From NCBI GenBank assembly GCA_041747075.1, contig JBGTFW010000169.1, positions 527 to 64,526 on the forward strand: a stretch of 64,000 bases of DNA. The letters are read 5' to 3'. Numbering within the stretch: position 1 is the stretch's first letter; every line of letters begins with the position of its first letter. Position numbers and translations under genes: made by a program. Under the pieces are notes generated by a model. That model was not told the origin of the DNA. It did not search any database and saw only the letters and a program-made list of their open reading frames with translations. This document shows, piece by piece, positions 1-9,411 of this stretch. The DNA comes from Pirellulaceae bacterium. Lineage in GTDB: Bacteria; Planctomycetota; Planctomycetia; Pirellulales; Pirellulaceae.

Positions 1-117
1 CGGCGTTCGCCCGACTGGAGCAGTTCGTTGGCCTCTCTTTTCACCCGATTTTCGAGAATCTGGACCGACTTCCTGCGGCAAGGTAGAATGGATCAATCCT
101 TTCACTGCGGGTGACTT

Positions 118-342
118 ATGACTGTAGAACAAGCCATTTCTGACATTGCATCCCTCCCATTGGACGATCAACTGCGCGTCGTGCAAGCAATTTGGGATCG
201 CATGCCGCAAGATGCCGGCACGTCACTGACTGATCAACAACGCGCTGAACTCGACCGACGATTGGCGGGCTACCGCGCAAATCCCGATACCGCGCTAACC
301 GAATCGCAATTACGCAAGCAAATCCGTGATGCTCGCTCGTGA
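118..342 (+). CDS. type II antitoxin, small helical 'putative addiction module component' type
   Basis: 74-aa ORF with a typical antitoxin C-terminus (LTDQQRAELDRRLAGYRANPD...). Its stop overlaps the start of the downstream ParE-like ORF (ATGA at 339-342). Confidence 0.65.
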   Translation: MTVEQAISDIASLPLDDQLRVVQAIWDRMPQDAGTSLTDQQRAELDRRLAGYRANPDTALTESQLRKQIRDARS

Positions 343-645
343 TGGATGTCCGCTACACCGACGAAGTTCGCGACGATCTGCTCTTGTCGATGGCCTGGCT
401 GGATGAACGTCGCGATGGACTCGGCGACCAATTGGAAGCGGAGTTTTATGCGGCGGTTTCGGTGGTCCAGGATTGTCCATTTTCGTTTGCCGCGGATCAT
501 ACTGGATACCGTCCCTGCCGACTTCGTCGTTTCACCGCTGTCCTTTACTATCATCGAATCTGACATTATCGTCGTGATGGGTCTATTCGTCGGTGGTCGT
601 GATGAATCTCGACTTCAAAATCGCGGCGAACAATTGGGAATTTGA
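339..645 (+). pseudogene. ParE/RelE-family toxin, disrupted by a 1-nt frameshift near nt 534
   Basis: Frame of ORF 339..563 encodes the N-terminal part up to ...CRLRRF (ttc 531-533). The ParE-like C-terminus PLSFTIIESDIIVVMGLFVGGRDESRLQNR continues in the frame of ORF 346..645, from ccg at 535-537. Confidence 0.6.
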
Positions 646-1724
646 CTTCGCGGATTATTGATTTGCTGTTGGTAGCGGGGTTGAGGATTCCATTTTATTG
701 ACATGGGGTGGCTGGTAGAGTCGAGCCGAAGGTCAAATTTCTTGTTCAAGGAGCCCGGTTTCTTGCGAAACGACTTCGCTCTCATTGCGACGGCATGTCT
801 TTCTTCAATCAGCGCGCAGCGTCAAGGGACTTGCCCGGTGCAAGCCTCTTTTTGGGCATTGATCAAACGAGCGAGGAAGACCACTCCGAGAGGGTCAGAC
901 GCCAATTTGCTCCGAAGACTCCGCAAAATGGCGTCAGACCCTTTGATTCAACTCGAATCGATAAACGCCTGGCCGCGCTGCCAGAGAATCGCGCCGGTTG
1001 CTGATGTGATGGCGACCCGTTGCATCTCGCTGCCACAGTCGCGGCAGAGGACCGGTGGCTTGAGAAGAGGTTCGGGTGGGGACTGTCTGGCCAGAACGAA
1101 ACACCAGCCGAGGTAGAACCAGACCAGCATTCGTTTGACATCGACGACCCAGTGCTGTCGCCAGACATCCGGATCGATCGACTCCAGCAGTCCGGCCTGA
1201 CGCATCGCATCCCGATACTTCGCGCGGTAGACGCTACAATTCAAACCACAAACAAACCCCCGCGCAGCGGCTTACTTGAACAAAACGATGCACCGAAGCC
1301 GTCACCGCAAAAAAATAAAAAGATGTGGGTAAACCCATGTTCCAGTTTTGCACTTTTCTTTGGAGTGCGGGGAACTTGGTACCGCTTTGGATTCGCGAAG
1401 GCAGGAAATTATCGGCGGTGTGGAAGGCAAGGCCCCAAGCCAAAATCTGTCTTAATGCATCGCGTTTTCCGGGGCTAATCCAAAGCTCCGCCAGGCCGGA
1501 GCACTCCAAATTTGCAAAACTGGAACTAAGCGCTAGTGCCAAGCGGCTAATCCTAAAATTAAGACGTAACAGAGCACTACCGCAGAGTCCACAATGCTGG
1601 CAAGTTCGCGCCAGCGGTTTAAGCTGTGGCGGTTGGTTGCAAATTGCGAATTCTGGGCGATTCGGATGGACGATAACCGACAGACGTCGTGATTGTGGCA
1701 CGATGTAACTCGATGCAGCACATC

Positions 1725-1803
1725 GTAGCACGAACTGCCAGTTCGTGGACGGACGACGCTTGACTTGATGTAGCACGAACTGCCAGTTCGTGGATGGACG
1801 ACG
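1725..1803. repeat. two direct 34-nt copies, each with a 19-nt palindrome cacgaactgCcagttcgtg
   Basis: gtagcacgaactgccagttcgtgga[c/t]ggacgacg occurs at 1725-1758 and 1770-1803. The same 21-mer (gtagcRcgaactgccagttcg) recurs inverted at 17321-17341. Confidence 0.9.
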
Positions 1804-1888
1804 ATTGGCGATCGCGAGAAACCAAAACATGTTCCAGCCAGCGATGAATGTAATTCCCGCCATTTCCCACCGGTCCATTTTTTCGCAA

Positions 1889-2524
1889 ATGATCACGAAC
1901 CCCATGTTGTTCATCTCCGCGATGGTCCTTGGGTGCGCCGCGCCGTCGATCGCCGCGATGCAGGAGACGGAAACGCGCCACGAAAGCGGTCGATCCGGAA
2001 CCGTAAGGGACTTGCCGGATCAGATTGAGTCCGGGTCCGATACACTCGTTCCCCGCGATTCATTTGATGAGGACCGTCAGGAGGAAACCGCGGACGCCCA
2101 GGCTCCCCTGCCATTGACGGAAATGTCCGACATTCACAAGCCGATCCTTGAAATTCCGACGGACATTGTTGACCGTGAAGAGAATCAACCGAGGGATCGT
2201 TCCAACGAGCTGTTCCGCGACAATTACTGGTCGAATTATCCGGGGAGCTTTCAGGAGCGACTGGCTTCGTGGGATGCACCGGACATTCGCTATCAGCCAC
2301 TTTGGTTCGAGCATGTCTCGATGGAGCGTTACGGTTATACGCCGCGCCCCATTCTCCAGCCCTTCTCGTCGGCGTTGTACTTTGGAACGTCATTGGCTTT
2401 CTTGCCCTTCAATCTGGTCCAGAATCCGCCATGGGAATGTGAAACGCCGCTGGGGTACTGTCGCCCCGGTTCGCCCGCTCCGCGAGTCCAGCCTCGCTGG
2501 TTGCGCAACGCCGTCACGCGCTAG
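1889..2524 (+). CDS. secreted hypothetical protein with a conserved Cys/Pro-rich C-terminus
   Basis: ORF 1790..2524. The ATG at 1889 gives a signal-peptide-like N-terminus (MITNPMLFISAMVLGCAAPSIAA). The C-terminal block YQPLWFEHVSMERYGY... looks like a conserved domain I cannot name. Confidence 0.55.
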   Translation: MITNPMLFISAMVLGCAAPSIAAMQETETRHESGRSGTVRDLPDQIESGSDTLVPRDSFDEDRQEETADAQAPLPLTEMSDIHKPILEIPTDIVDREENQPRDRSNELFRDNYWSNYPGSFQERLASWDAPDIRYQPLWFEHVSMERYGYTPRPILQPFSSALYFGTSLAFLPFNLVQNPPWECETPLGYCRPGSPAPRVQPRWLRNAVTR

Positions 2525-2883
2525 CACGATCGGACGGGGTAAGAGATCGCAAGATGGACATTGCTGTCCGCCCTCTTCTGTGCAGGCTTTCGTCGGCCCC
2601 ACAGGTCGTCGGGCAGTAGGTCCATGTTGTCGGGCAAGCAGACCCCCAACGCACATTTTCGATCGCGTCGACGGGCAGGAATGCCCCACGTACCAACCGG
2701 GTTGGCTGGACTTTAACGGCTGGCGCAACCTGAGCGCATTTTCCAGTCGTTTGCACGATGCCGGTTCCGATGGCCGGTTCATGACGGTTTTTCCGATAAA
2801 TCCCTGACTACCGGTTTTGCCGCATCCATGCGGCACCGGTGGAAATGCGTTGCCCCGTCCGGTTTCGGAACAGGAACTAATCG

Positions 2884-4911
2884 ATGCGTTCAGGATTCAG
2901 TCACGCCGTTCAGCTCGCGAGCATTTCGATATTGCTCGCCCTTGTCGCGGGTGGTTGCCGGATTGGCGAAACGCCGCGGTACGCTTGCAATGAGGGTTGC
3001 CTGTCCGAGTTCCAGCGGATTGAGTACACCGATTCCCGCCAATGGGCGTGCGGCGCGGAGGGCTATCAGGGGACGGCCCCGCCATTGACCGTCGCGAATT
3101 TCAGTGCTCATGAGCCTTGGCCAATGACTCTGGAAGAAGCGATTGAATTGTCGCTCGCCAACAGTAAAGTGCTGGAAAAACTTGGCGGTGTCGTGCTCGC
3201 CGCTCCCCAGGCGGTTGCCACTTCGTGGGACCCGGCGCTGCTCGAGACCGATCCGCGCGCTGGCGCGGAGGCAGCACTGTCGGCTTTCGATGCGCGATTC
3301 ACGGGGAATGCGAATCTCAACCGCTCCGAACGAAAGTTCAACAACCTTTTCTTTGGGGCCGGGGCAACGACGCTGAATTCGAATACCGGGAACCTTCGCG
3401 CCGGTCTTGACAAGACAACCGCCAGCGGAACGCAGTATTCCGTATTCAGTTCCTCGGACTACAGTCGGACGAATTCGCCAGGAAACCGCTTCCCCAGTGC
3501 ATGGGACACGATCCTTCAGGCAGAGATTCGCCAACCGCTGGCGCGCGGCGCGGGAACGGCGGTAACACGGATTGCCGGGCCGAACGGCCAACCGGGAATT
3601 TACAACGGAGTGCTGATCGGGCGGATTCGCGGCGACATCGCCCTCGCGGACTTTGAGGCTGCCGTCCGCGACCTGACGCGCGACGTCGAGCGTTCTTACT
3701 GGGAACTGTATTTCGCGTGGCGCGACCTGGACGTCCAGCTCCGTGCCCGTGAATCGGCTCGGCTGATCTGGGAGAACCGTGACCGCCGTGTCGCGGCGGG
3801 CCTGAGCCGTCCCGACGATGAGGCGCAAACGCGCCAGCAGTATTTCCAGTTTGAGCAGCAGGTAATCGACGCCACCAGCGGGAACGCGAGCGGGCAAACG
3901 GGCGTTCTCGGTGCCGAGCGCCAGTTGCGGCGGCTCCTCGGATTGCGCAACAGCGACGGGCGCGTGATCCGTCCGGTAACGGAACCGACGATCGCACCGG
4001 TCCTTTTTGACTGGAACGAGGCGCAGGACCAGGCGATTCGGCAGCGCGTGGAAATTCGCCGCCAGAAATGGGTTGTTCGACAGCGCGAACTCGAACTGTG
4101 TGCCGCGCGAAAGCTGAATCAATGGCAAGTCGACTTGACGGGCAACTACGCGGCGCGGGGATTCGGCGACGACCTTGCCGGAAACAGGGGCCTTCCCGAA
4201 GGGAGCGCCTTTGCCGATCTGTTCACCGGCCAGCTTGACGACTGGGGTTTGGGACTGGAAATCCAGGGACCGGTGGGGAACCGCATCGGACACCTCGCCG
4301 TTCGCAACGCCGAGTTGCAGTTAACTCGCGAATACGCCTTGCTCGACGAGCAGCAGAAACAGCTTCTCCTCGATTTGAACGCGGCCTTTGCCGAAGTTGA
4401 GCGGAGCTTTACGTCGATTCGCAATAGCTGGAACGTCCGCGAGGCGGTTCGCGCCGAGCTTGAACCCAAACGACGGAGGGCGGAGGCGGGGGACGAAGAC
4501 GTCTTCTTTCTCCTTGACGCCCAGCAACGCGCATCGAGCAGCGAAACGGCTTTTCATCGCGCCGTGGTTGATTACAATCTCGCCTTGCAGTCGTTCGTCT
4601 ATACGGCGGGTGGTCTGCTGGAACACTACAATATCCAGTTGCTCGAAGGTCCGTGGGACGCCTCCACCGCCGCACTTGCCGCCGAGCAGCAATCCCGGTT
4701 CCGCTTCGGTCCCGTGGAACCAGCCGGGACGGACATTGGCTTGATTACTTCGGGACCTGTCGATCAGCAAACGGACCTGACCATCATTTCGCCTACGGTT
4801 AACCCGGAATCATTGATTGAAGCGCCCGCCGAAGAGCCGCAGAGCGGAACTGGCCGAACGGATTTCGATTCGGCGGACGACAACGGCAACGGAGGAGGAT
4901 CTCGCCCGTAA
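2884..4911 (+). CDS. TolC/OprM-family outer membrane efflux lipoprotein
   Basis: 675-aa ORF with a lipobox (LLALVAGGC), an OEP-type opening (LTLEEAIELSLANSKVLE) and two coiled repeat halves. It has a low-complexity acidic/Gly C-terminal tail. Confidence 0.75.
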   Translation: MRSGFSHAVQLASISILLALVAGGCRIGETPRYACNEGCLSEFQRIEYTDSRQWACGAEGYQGTAPPLTVANFSAHEPWPMTLEEAIELSLANSKVLEKLGGVVLAAPQAVATSWDPALLETDPRAGAEAALSAFDARFTGNANLNRSERKFNNLFFGAGATTLNSNTGNLRAGLDKTTASGTQYSVFSSSDYSRTNSPGNRFPSAWDTILQAEIRQPLARGAGTAVTRIAGPNGQPGIYNGVLIGRIRGDIALADFEAAVRDLTRDVERSYWELYFAWRDLDVQLRARESARLIWENRDRRVAAGLSRPDDEAQTRQQYFQFEQQVIDATSGNASGQTGVLGAERQLRRLLGLRNSDGRVIRPVTEPTIAPVLFDWNEAQDQAIRQRVEIRRQKWVVRQRELELCAARKLNQWQVDLTGNYAARGFGDDLAGNRGLPEGSAFADLFTGQLDDWGLGLEIQGPVGNRIGHLAVRNAELQLTREYALLDEQQKQLLLDLNAAFAEVERSFTSIRNSWNVREAVRAELEPKRRRAEAGDEDVFFLLDAQQRASSSETAFHRAVVDYNLALQSFVYTAGGLLEHYNIQLLEGPWDASTAALAAEQQSRFRFGPVEPAGTDIGLITSGPVDQQTDLTIISPTVNPESLIEAPAEEPQSGTGRTDFDSADDNGNGGGSRP

Positions 4912-4953
4912 GGGATTTTGGATTAAGCCGGACCTGCTAGAGTCCGGATTTGC
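4912..4953. repeat. dispersed ~42-nt hairpin element, copy 1
   Basis: gggattttggattaagccggacctgctagagtccggatttgc lies directly after the TolC-like stop. It is near-identical to 6201-6243. Confidence 0.8.
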
Positions 4954-5094
4954 AACCCCCGCAAGGCAGCTCGGACTCTTTCACAAATGGATCGATTTCC
5001 GGAGTGAAAGAATCACCAGGCGAATCAAACTAGCGAAAGCCAATGCGGGTGACCGCACACGTCGGATTGGATCGCCCACAACATGGTTGATGAT

Positions 5095-5793
5095 TCAGCC
5101 CAAATTATTTCCCTGCCACAACGCGCCCAGGTCGTTGGCGATTCCCACCAGATAGTGGATTGCCACACCGTACCAAATGCTGCGCGTTCGCCATGCGAGC
5201 CAACCCAAAACGATCGATGCCGGAATTGACGCCCAGACCTCGATTGTCGGCTTGCCAAAATGAACGAAAAGGCAACAGACTGTCTGTATGGTGACCGCAA
5301 CGGTCATCTCAAACGATTCGAATCCGTGCAGCATGAAGCCGCGATAAAAAAACTCGAATGCGACGTAATATAAAAGGTACAAGGCGAACCAGATCAGCAT
5401 CTGTCCCAAATCACTTCCGATCTGATCACCGGGCATGGGATAGAAAGCGATGATTTGATTGTCGCCGGATCCGAGCAGCGTGCCAATCACAAAAGCTGGT
5501 GTTAACACAATGATTGCCCGAACACCCAAAAATCGGTTACCCATCCCAAGAAACGGCGTGCCAATTGAACGGCGAGTTGTCACAGACCATGCCAGTGGAA
5601 TGGCCATCAATGTTGCAACGGCCAGCAGACATCGCACTCCGGCCGGTATCAGTCCGGTTTCTCCCGCCAGTCGCGGGCCTGGCGATGAAAAATACCAGAA
5701 CAACCCCTGGGCGACCAGGCAAATTACAGCCAACATCGCGACCCTCGTCGCTGGACTCGAGTTTCCCGTTTGCGTTTCAGGTTCGGGATTCAT
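5095..5793 (-). CDS. CPBP (CAAX/Abi) family intramembrane metalloprotease
   Basis: 232-aa polytopic ORF with the EFFYRGF (EExxxR-type) motif and downstream His-containing helices (FVHF, IHYL). Confidence 0.7.
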   Translation of the reverse strand: MNPEPETQTGNSSPATRVAMLAVICLVAQGLFWYFSSPGPRLAGETGLIPAGVRCLLAVATLMAIPLAWSVTTRRSIGTPFLGMGNRFLGVRAIIVLTPAFVIGTLLGSGDNQIIAFYPMPGDQIGSDLGQMLIWFALYLLYYVAFEFFYRGFMLHGFESFEMTVAVTIQTVCCLFVHFGKPTIEVWASIPASIVLGWLAWRTRSIWYGVAIHYLVGIANDLGALWQGNNLG

Positions 5794-6200
5794 AGCAGAA
5801 TTCCGGTCTCAATACAGAACGCGCTATTATCCATTCAGCGAGCAAGCCGAACAACGACAAGCAAGCCGATCATGAGCTCAGTTGGTCACATCTCGGGGAC
5901 CGAAGACCACTTCGGTGACGGTTCGATCACGGTCGCCGACGCCGGGGGGCGAACCGTCGGCCAGGCGCGCACTGGTTTGCCCCACATGATACCATCCCCG
6001 CATTCAACGAAATTGCCATGAGACGGCTTCGTGCACCTTCCTTGCCGTCCGGCAGAATGGTTTCGAATTCAGGAAAAGTTACCTGTCGGTCGTTTGGTGA
6101 CGTGCGACGACCCTTATTTTGGATGCGGTCCAGAGCGGAGACTATTGCTCGTTGGTATTTTTCGGTTTTGTAAACGGCGGCCGCGGTTGATCGCGCCCTT

Positions 6201-6243
6201 AAAGGATTTGGATAAAGCCGGACTCGCAAGAGTCCGGAAATGC
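6201..6243. repeat. dispersed ~42-nt hairpin element, copy 2 (GCAA tetraloop)
   Basis: aaaggatttggataaagccggactcgcaagagtccggaaatgc. The stem is ccggactc/gagtccgg with loop gcaa. It ends 5 nt before the ATG at 6248. Confidence 0.8.
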
Positions 6244-6247
6244 CACC

Positions 6248-6586
6248 ATGTTTCCAACGTTGCTTGCAAACTCAATCGCCGCGGACGCCGGTCTCATACC
6301 GGGGCTTGCGATTTTCGGTCCGGCAATGGGGCTTCCCCTGTCAGTGCTTGCGGCATTCATTGAGCGTCCCTTCGTCACACTCGCCGTGAGTGCGGCCGCT
6401 TGTATTGCACTAATGCTTTATTCAAGGTGGCTCGAAGAACGGATTCCCCGGTCCGGGTTCGCTTTCCGTGCCCTCAGGGAGTACGGTGATACCCTGCAAT
6501 GGACCGTCGCCGCCGCCAGTTTGCTATTGCTTGTCGGCGCGTTCGCAGCCACTCGCGATTCCCGCAAGGGACAAACGGTCGCCTGA
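6248..6586 (+). CDS. small hypothetical membrane protein
   Basis: 112-aa ORF with 3 hydrophobic segments. No recognisable family. Confidence 0.4.
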   Translation: MFPTLLANSIAADAGLIPGLAIFGPAMGLPLSVLAAFIERPFVTLAVSAAACIALMLYSRWLEERIPRSGFAFRALREYGDTLQWTVAAASLLLLVGAFAATRDSRKGQTVA

Positions 6587-6613
6587 TTAAATTATTTCGC
6601 AAGCCGCACGGGA

Positions 6614-7279
6614 CTACCGCAAGCCTTTGAAACGGGGCAACTCCGCTGGCTCGCCGGTCATTTCCTTGTACTTCTGCTGTTGCTCCTCGGTCAGTTGTGC
6701 GAGAACGTGCGCGGTCATCTCGTCGAAGAACAGTTTCCTCGCGTCGTCCTGAGTCATTTTCGACAACTCCTCGCTCCGGTCGCTGGCAAACGACTCGGCA
6801 AAAGCTTTCGCCGAGGTCCGCATTTCCTTGAGCTGGTTCTCGTCCATGCCAATCTGCTCCTTGAAGTTTCCGCTCACGATCCCCTCGGCACCAAAGGCCT
6901 GAACTCGCAACTGGGCGAGTCGCGTTATCTGTTCTTCGGTGAGAATCAGTTTGAGTTCCTCGGCGGCAAGTTTGTCCAGTTCACGGACTTTCGCGGTGAT
7001 TTTCGGACGGGCTTCGTTTTGTTGCCGCGTGGGCAGGGACATAAACGACCGTCCGCCGGTTACCTCAAAGGCCACCATCGATTCGAGCTTGCGATATTTT
7101 TCCACCAGTTCGGCTAATTTTGTCGTGACGGCCTCGTTGTCCGTCACTCCAAGCTCGTCCTGAACAGCCTGGATGTTGACCAGCAAATGTTCCTGAGCGA
7201 CCGCCGAACGGTTCAACTGGAAAAGGACAGTCACGATGAATACCAGCAATAGGTATTTAGCTATCGAATTTCGCGCCAT
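6614..7279 (-). CDS. secreted helical protein with LTxxQ motifs (Spy/CpxP-like periplasmic chaperone candidate)
   Basis: Signal peptide (LLLVFIVTVLFQLNRSAVAQ). Two LTEEQ motifs (LTEEQITRLAQL, LTEEQQQKYKEM). Charged helical composition. Confidence 0.5.
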   Translation of the reverse strand: MARNSIAKYLLLVFIVTVLFQLNRSAVAQEHLLVNIQAVQDELGVTDNEAVTTKLAELVEKYRKLESMVAFEVTGGRSFMSLPTRQQNEARPKITAKVRELDKLAAEELKLILTEEQITRLAQLRVQAFGAEGIVSGNFKEQIGMDENQLKEMRTSAKAFAESFASDRSEELSKMTQDDARKLFFDEMTAHVLAQLTEEQQQKYKEMTGEPAELPRFKGLR

Positions 7280-7336
7280 GGGGACTCCGGAATAAGGGAC
7301 AACGGCAGGTTCAAGGGTCAGGGGATGACAATTTTG

Positions 7337-7873
7337 TCAGCGCGAGCGGCGTTTGTCAAAACTGCCGAACTCATCCGGGCCTTCCGGTCGAGGCAATTCT
7401 CTTTGAAACCAGTCCGAATCCCGCAAAGTCGACTCGCCGGTGAATCTCTGCGCCGGATCGACCGGTTCAATGGCAGTCATGTCGCCGGCCAGGCAGGGTC
7501 GCACCTGCGCGACGTCCGTCCGGTCAAGGTAGTATTCAATCAGCCGGGCTTGGTGGTTCCAGAACATGTCCCGGATTCGTCCCACGCAGGGATCGGCCTG
7601 GCCCATACGCGACTTGATCTCGACGAAATCACCGACGTCAAACCCCTCGTAGTCGACTTCATACCAGATCGTCGATTGAATGCGAAAGCGGACCTTTCCG
7701 TACGTCACGGAAAGCCATTGCTCATCGAGGTCCTCGCGACGAAAAACGCGACTACCCGGGACAAGCTGACGGACGATCCCGATGTCGAATGGGTGAATCC
7801 ATGACTCGCCCTCCTGGGGCCACCAGCGAAAGACGCCGTAAACCGGGGGTCGCTTGAGGGGAGGTAATTGCAT
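7337..7873 (-). CDS. hypothetical protein
   Basis: 178-aa ORF with ATG start and coding-like composition. No motif recognised. Confidence 0.45.
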   Translation of the reverse strand: MQLPPLKRPPVYGVFRWWPQEGESWIHPFDIGIVRQLVPGSRVFRREDLDEQWLSVTYGKVRFRIQSTIWYEVDYEGFDVGDFVEIKSRMGQADPCVGRIRDMFWNHQARLIEYYLDRTDVAQVRPCLAGDMTAIEPVDPAQRFTGESTLRDSDWFQRELPRPEGPDEFGSFDKRRSR

Positions 7874-7970
7874 GGATATTCAGTGTGGTTGGGCGTAGAA
7901 TCAGTGTTCGTCAGTTTTGTCGATTATTCAATGGCGCGGATTCCCGGACTCGCCGAAAGGAACGGTTGTA

Positions 7971-9248
7971 ATGAATGAGGGCAAATCCGAAGTGGGGGGT
8001 GAACCGTCAATTCCCCGGACATTTGTTCGCGTTGTCGCATTGGCGGCGGCTTTTGCGTTGCCTGTGTGGCCGCTCACCGCGGTTCAGCAAGATCAGCCTC
8101 GTGAACAAACGAACGTGGGGGAGGAAAACGAGAACGTGGTCGAGGTTCCGCCGCTTGCGGAACTGCTGAAAACACTTGAAAGGGGCAGCACATGGGAAAG
8201 GGAAGCCGCGGCCGCCTGGCTGGTCGAATACCCGGAACAGGTCGACGAATTCGCGGCACCCCTCGCGCGTTTTTTCCTCGAATTCGACGAGGCACTTAAT
8301 CGAGTCGCCGACAAGGTCTTTGCGTATTACGGTGAGCGCGCAGTCGCCGCCATCGAACCGTTGTTTCATCCCGAAGCCCAGGAGGCTCTTGCCGACAATG
8401 AATCGTGGCGAATGGCGTGCGCGATGATCAGGGCGATCGGAGACCCGGCGCGCGGGGATTACGAATCGCGACTGGTTGACATTCTCAGGGAATCCAGGGA
8501 CTGGCGAGTTCGTGTGCCCGCGATTTACGCGCTCACCGGGTTCAGCGGCGGCTCGCCCGATGCGATCGAATCAATTGTCATCGACCTGCAACATGAGAAT
8601 TTCAACGTCAATAACTTCGCCGCCAAACTCGTCATCGCGAGCGGCCCGGCGGCGAGGACCGCGGTTCCAGAGCTGAGGCGTTTGTTGACCGAAGGCGGAA
8701 TTTCCCAACGGTCTCACGCCGCATGGGCGCTGGGGGCAATCGGACCCGTCGAGGACTTTGATCCATTGCCCGCACTGGCGCCGATGCTCGACGCCGTTAC
8801 GATCGTCGAGCGGGAGCGGGCCCTGTTGGGGATCGGTCTCATGGGACGTCATGCCCAGTCGCTGGAACCGAAAATTCGTGACTTGATGGCCAGTCGTTCC
8901 AACCTCGACGCCGCCGCCGCGTACGTGGTCTGGCAAATGACCGGCGACACGGAAACCACTGTCCCACGCCTCGCGGAACTTGCCCGGACGCCTGAACTGG
9001 AATTCGCGGCCGTGGAATACCTGCAGAAAATGGGGTCGGCGGCGAAAGACGCAACGGCCTGCCTGCTTGAACGGTCCCGGTCCGGGGATTTTTCGTTGCG
9101 AGCCAGCGCCGTCGAAACCCTTGCCGCGGTTCAGACCGGAAATGTCGACGTTGCAAATCGCCTGGACGAACTGGAATCGGACCCGCATCCGCTCGTGCGC
9201 CTTGCCGTGCGCCGGGCGCGACAGCGTGAACAAGCCGATTCTCAATAG
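7971..9248 (+). CDS. HEAT-repeat protein (secreted or membrane-anchored)
   Basis: ORF 7917..9248 starts with TTG. The ATG at 7971 is preceded by aaagga. Hydrophobic N-terminal segment, then repeated HEAT-like helices (RVRVPAIYAL, SHAAWALGAIG, HPLVRLAVRRA). Confidence 0.65.
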   Translation: MNEGKSEVGGEPSIPRTFVRVVALAAAFALPVWPLTAVQQDQPREQTNVGEENENVVEVPPLAELLKTLERGSTWEREAAAAWLVEYPEQVDEFAAPLARFFLEFDEALNRVADKVFAYYGERAVAAIEPLFHPEAQEALADNESWRMACAMIRAIGDPARGDYESRLVDILRESRDWRVRVPAIYALTGFSGGSPDAIESIVIDLQHENFNVNNFAAKLVIASGPAARTAVPELRRLLTEGGISQRSHAAWALGAIGPVEDFDPLPALAPMLDAVTIVERERALLGIGLMGRHAQSLEPKIRDLMASRSNLDAAAAYVVWQMTGDTETTVPRLAELARTPELEFAAVEYLQKMGSAAKDATACLLERSRSGDFSLRASAVETLAAVQTGNVDVANRLDELESDPHPLVRLAVRRARQREQADSQ

Positions 9249-9411
9249 AGTGCCTGACAAGGTGCGTGTCGCGGTGCGGCCTCGATTCGCGAGAATTTGG
9301 TCGCTCGCGATATTACCGGGTCGGCGGACTTTTGCCCTCCCCACGACCCCTCAGAATGGTAAAATACAATTCCCGGCCCGACGGCCATCCTCATTCCCAC
9401 GGGAGGTTCCC

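Noticed and set aside
948-1244. Possible IS91/Y2-transposase C-terminal fragment (…VLCRDCGSEMQRVAITS…)
   Set aside because: The only evidence is a short Cys motif and vague context, with no catalytic Tyr or HUH region visible. I keep it as a low-confidence remark in the findings and do not annotate it as a mobile element.
5927-6229. 100-aa minus-strand ORF in the 5794-6247 spacer
   Set aside because: It has no start context, signal or motif. It partly overlaps the dispersed hairpin element. It has insufficient support as a gene.
8980-9411. N-terminal extensions of ORFs 8980..10335 and 30903..32774 (also 47907..48173 and 55235..55435)
   Set aside because: The extensions overlap the preceding genes in another frame and are Arg/Pro-rich. 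Internal ATGs with SD-like sequences, signal peptides or ATGA coupling give products that begin where family similarity begins.
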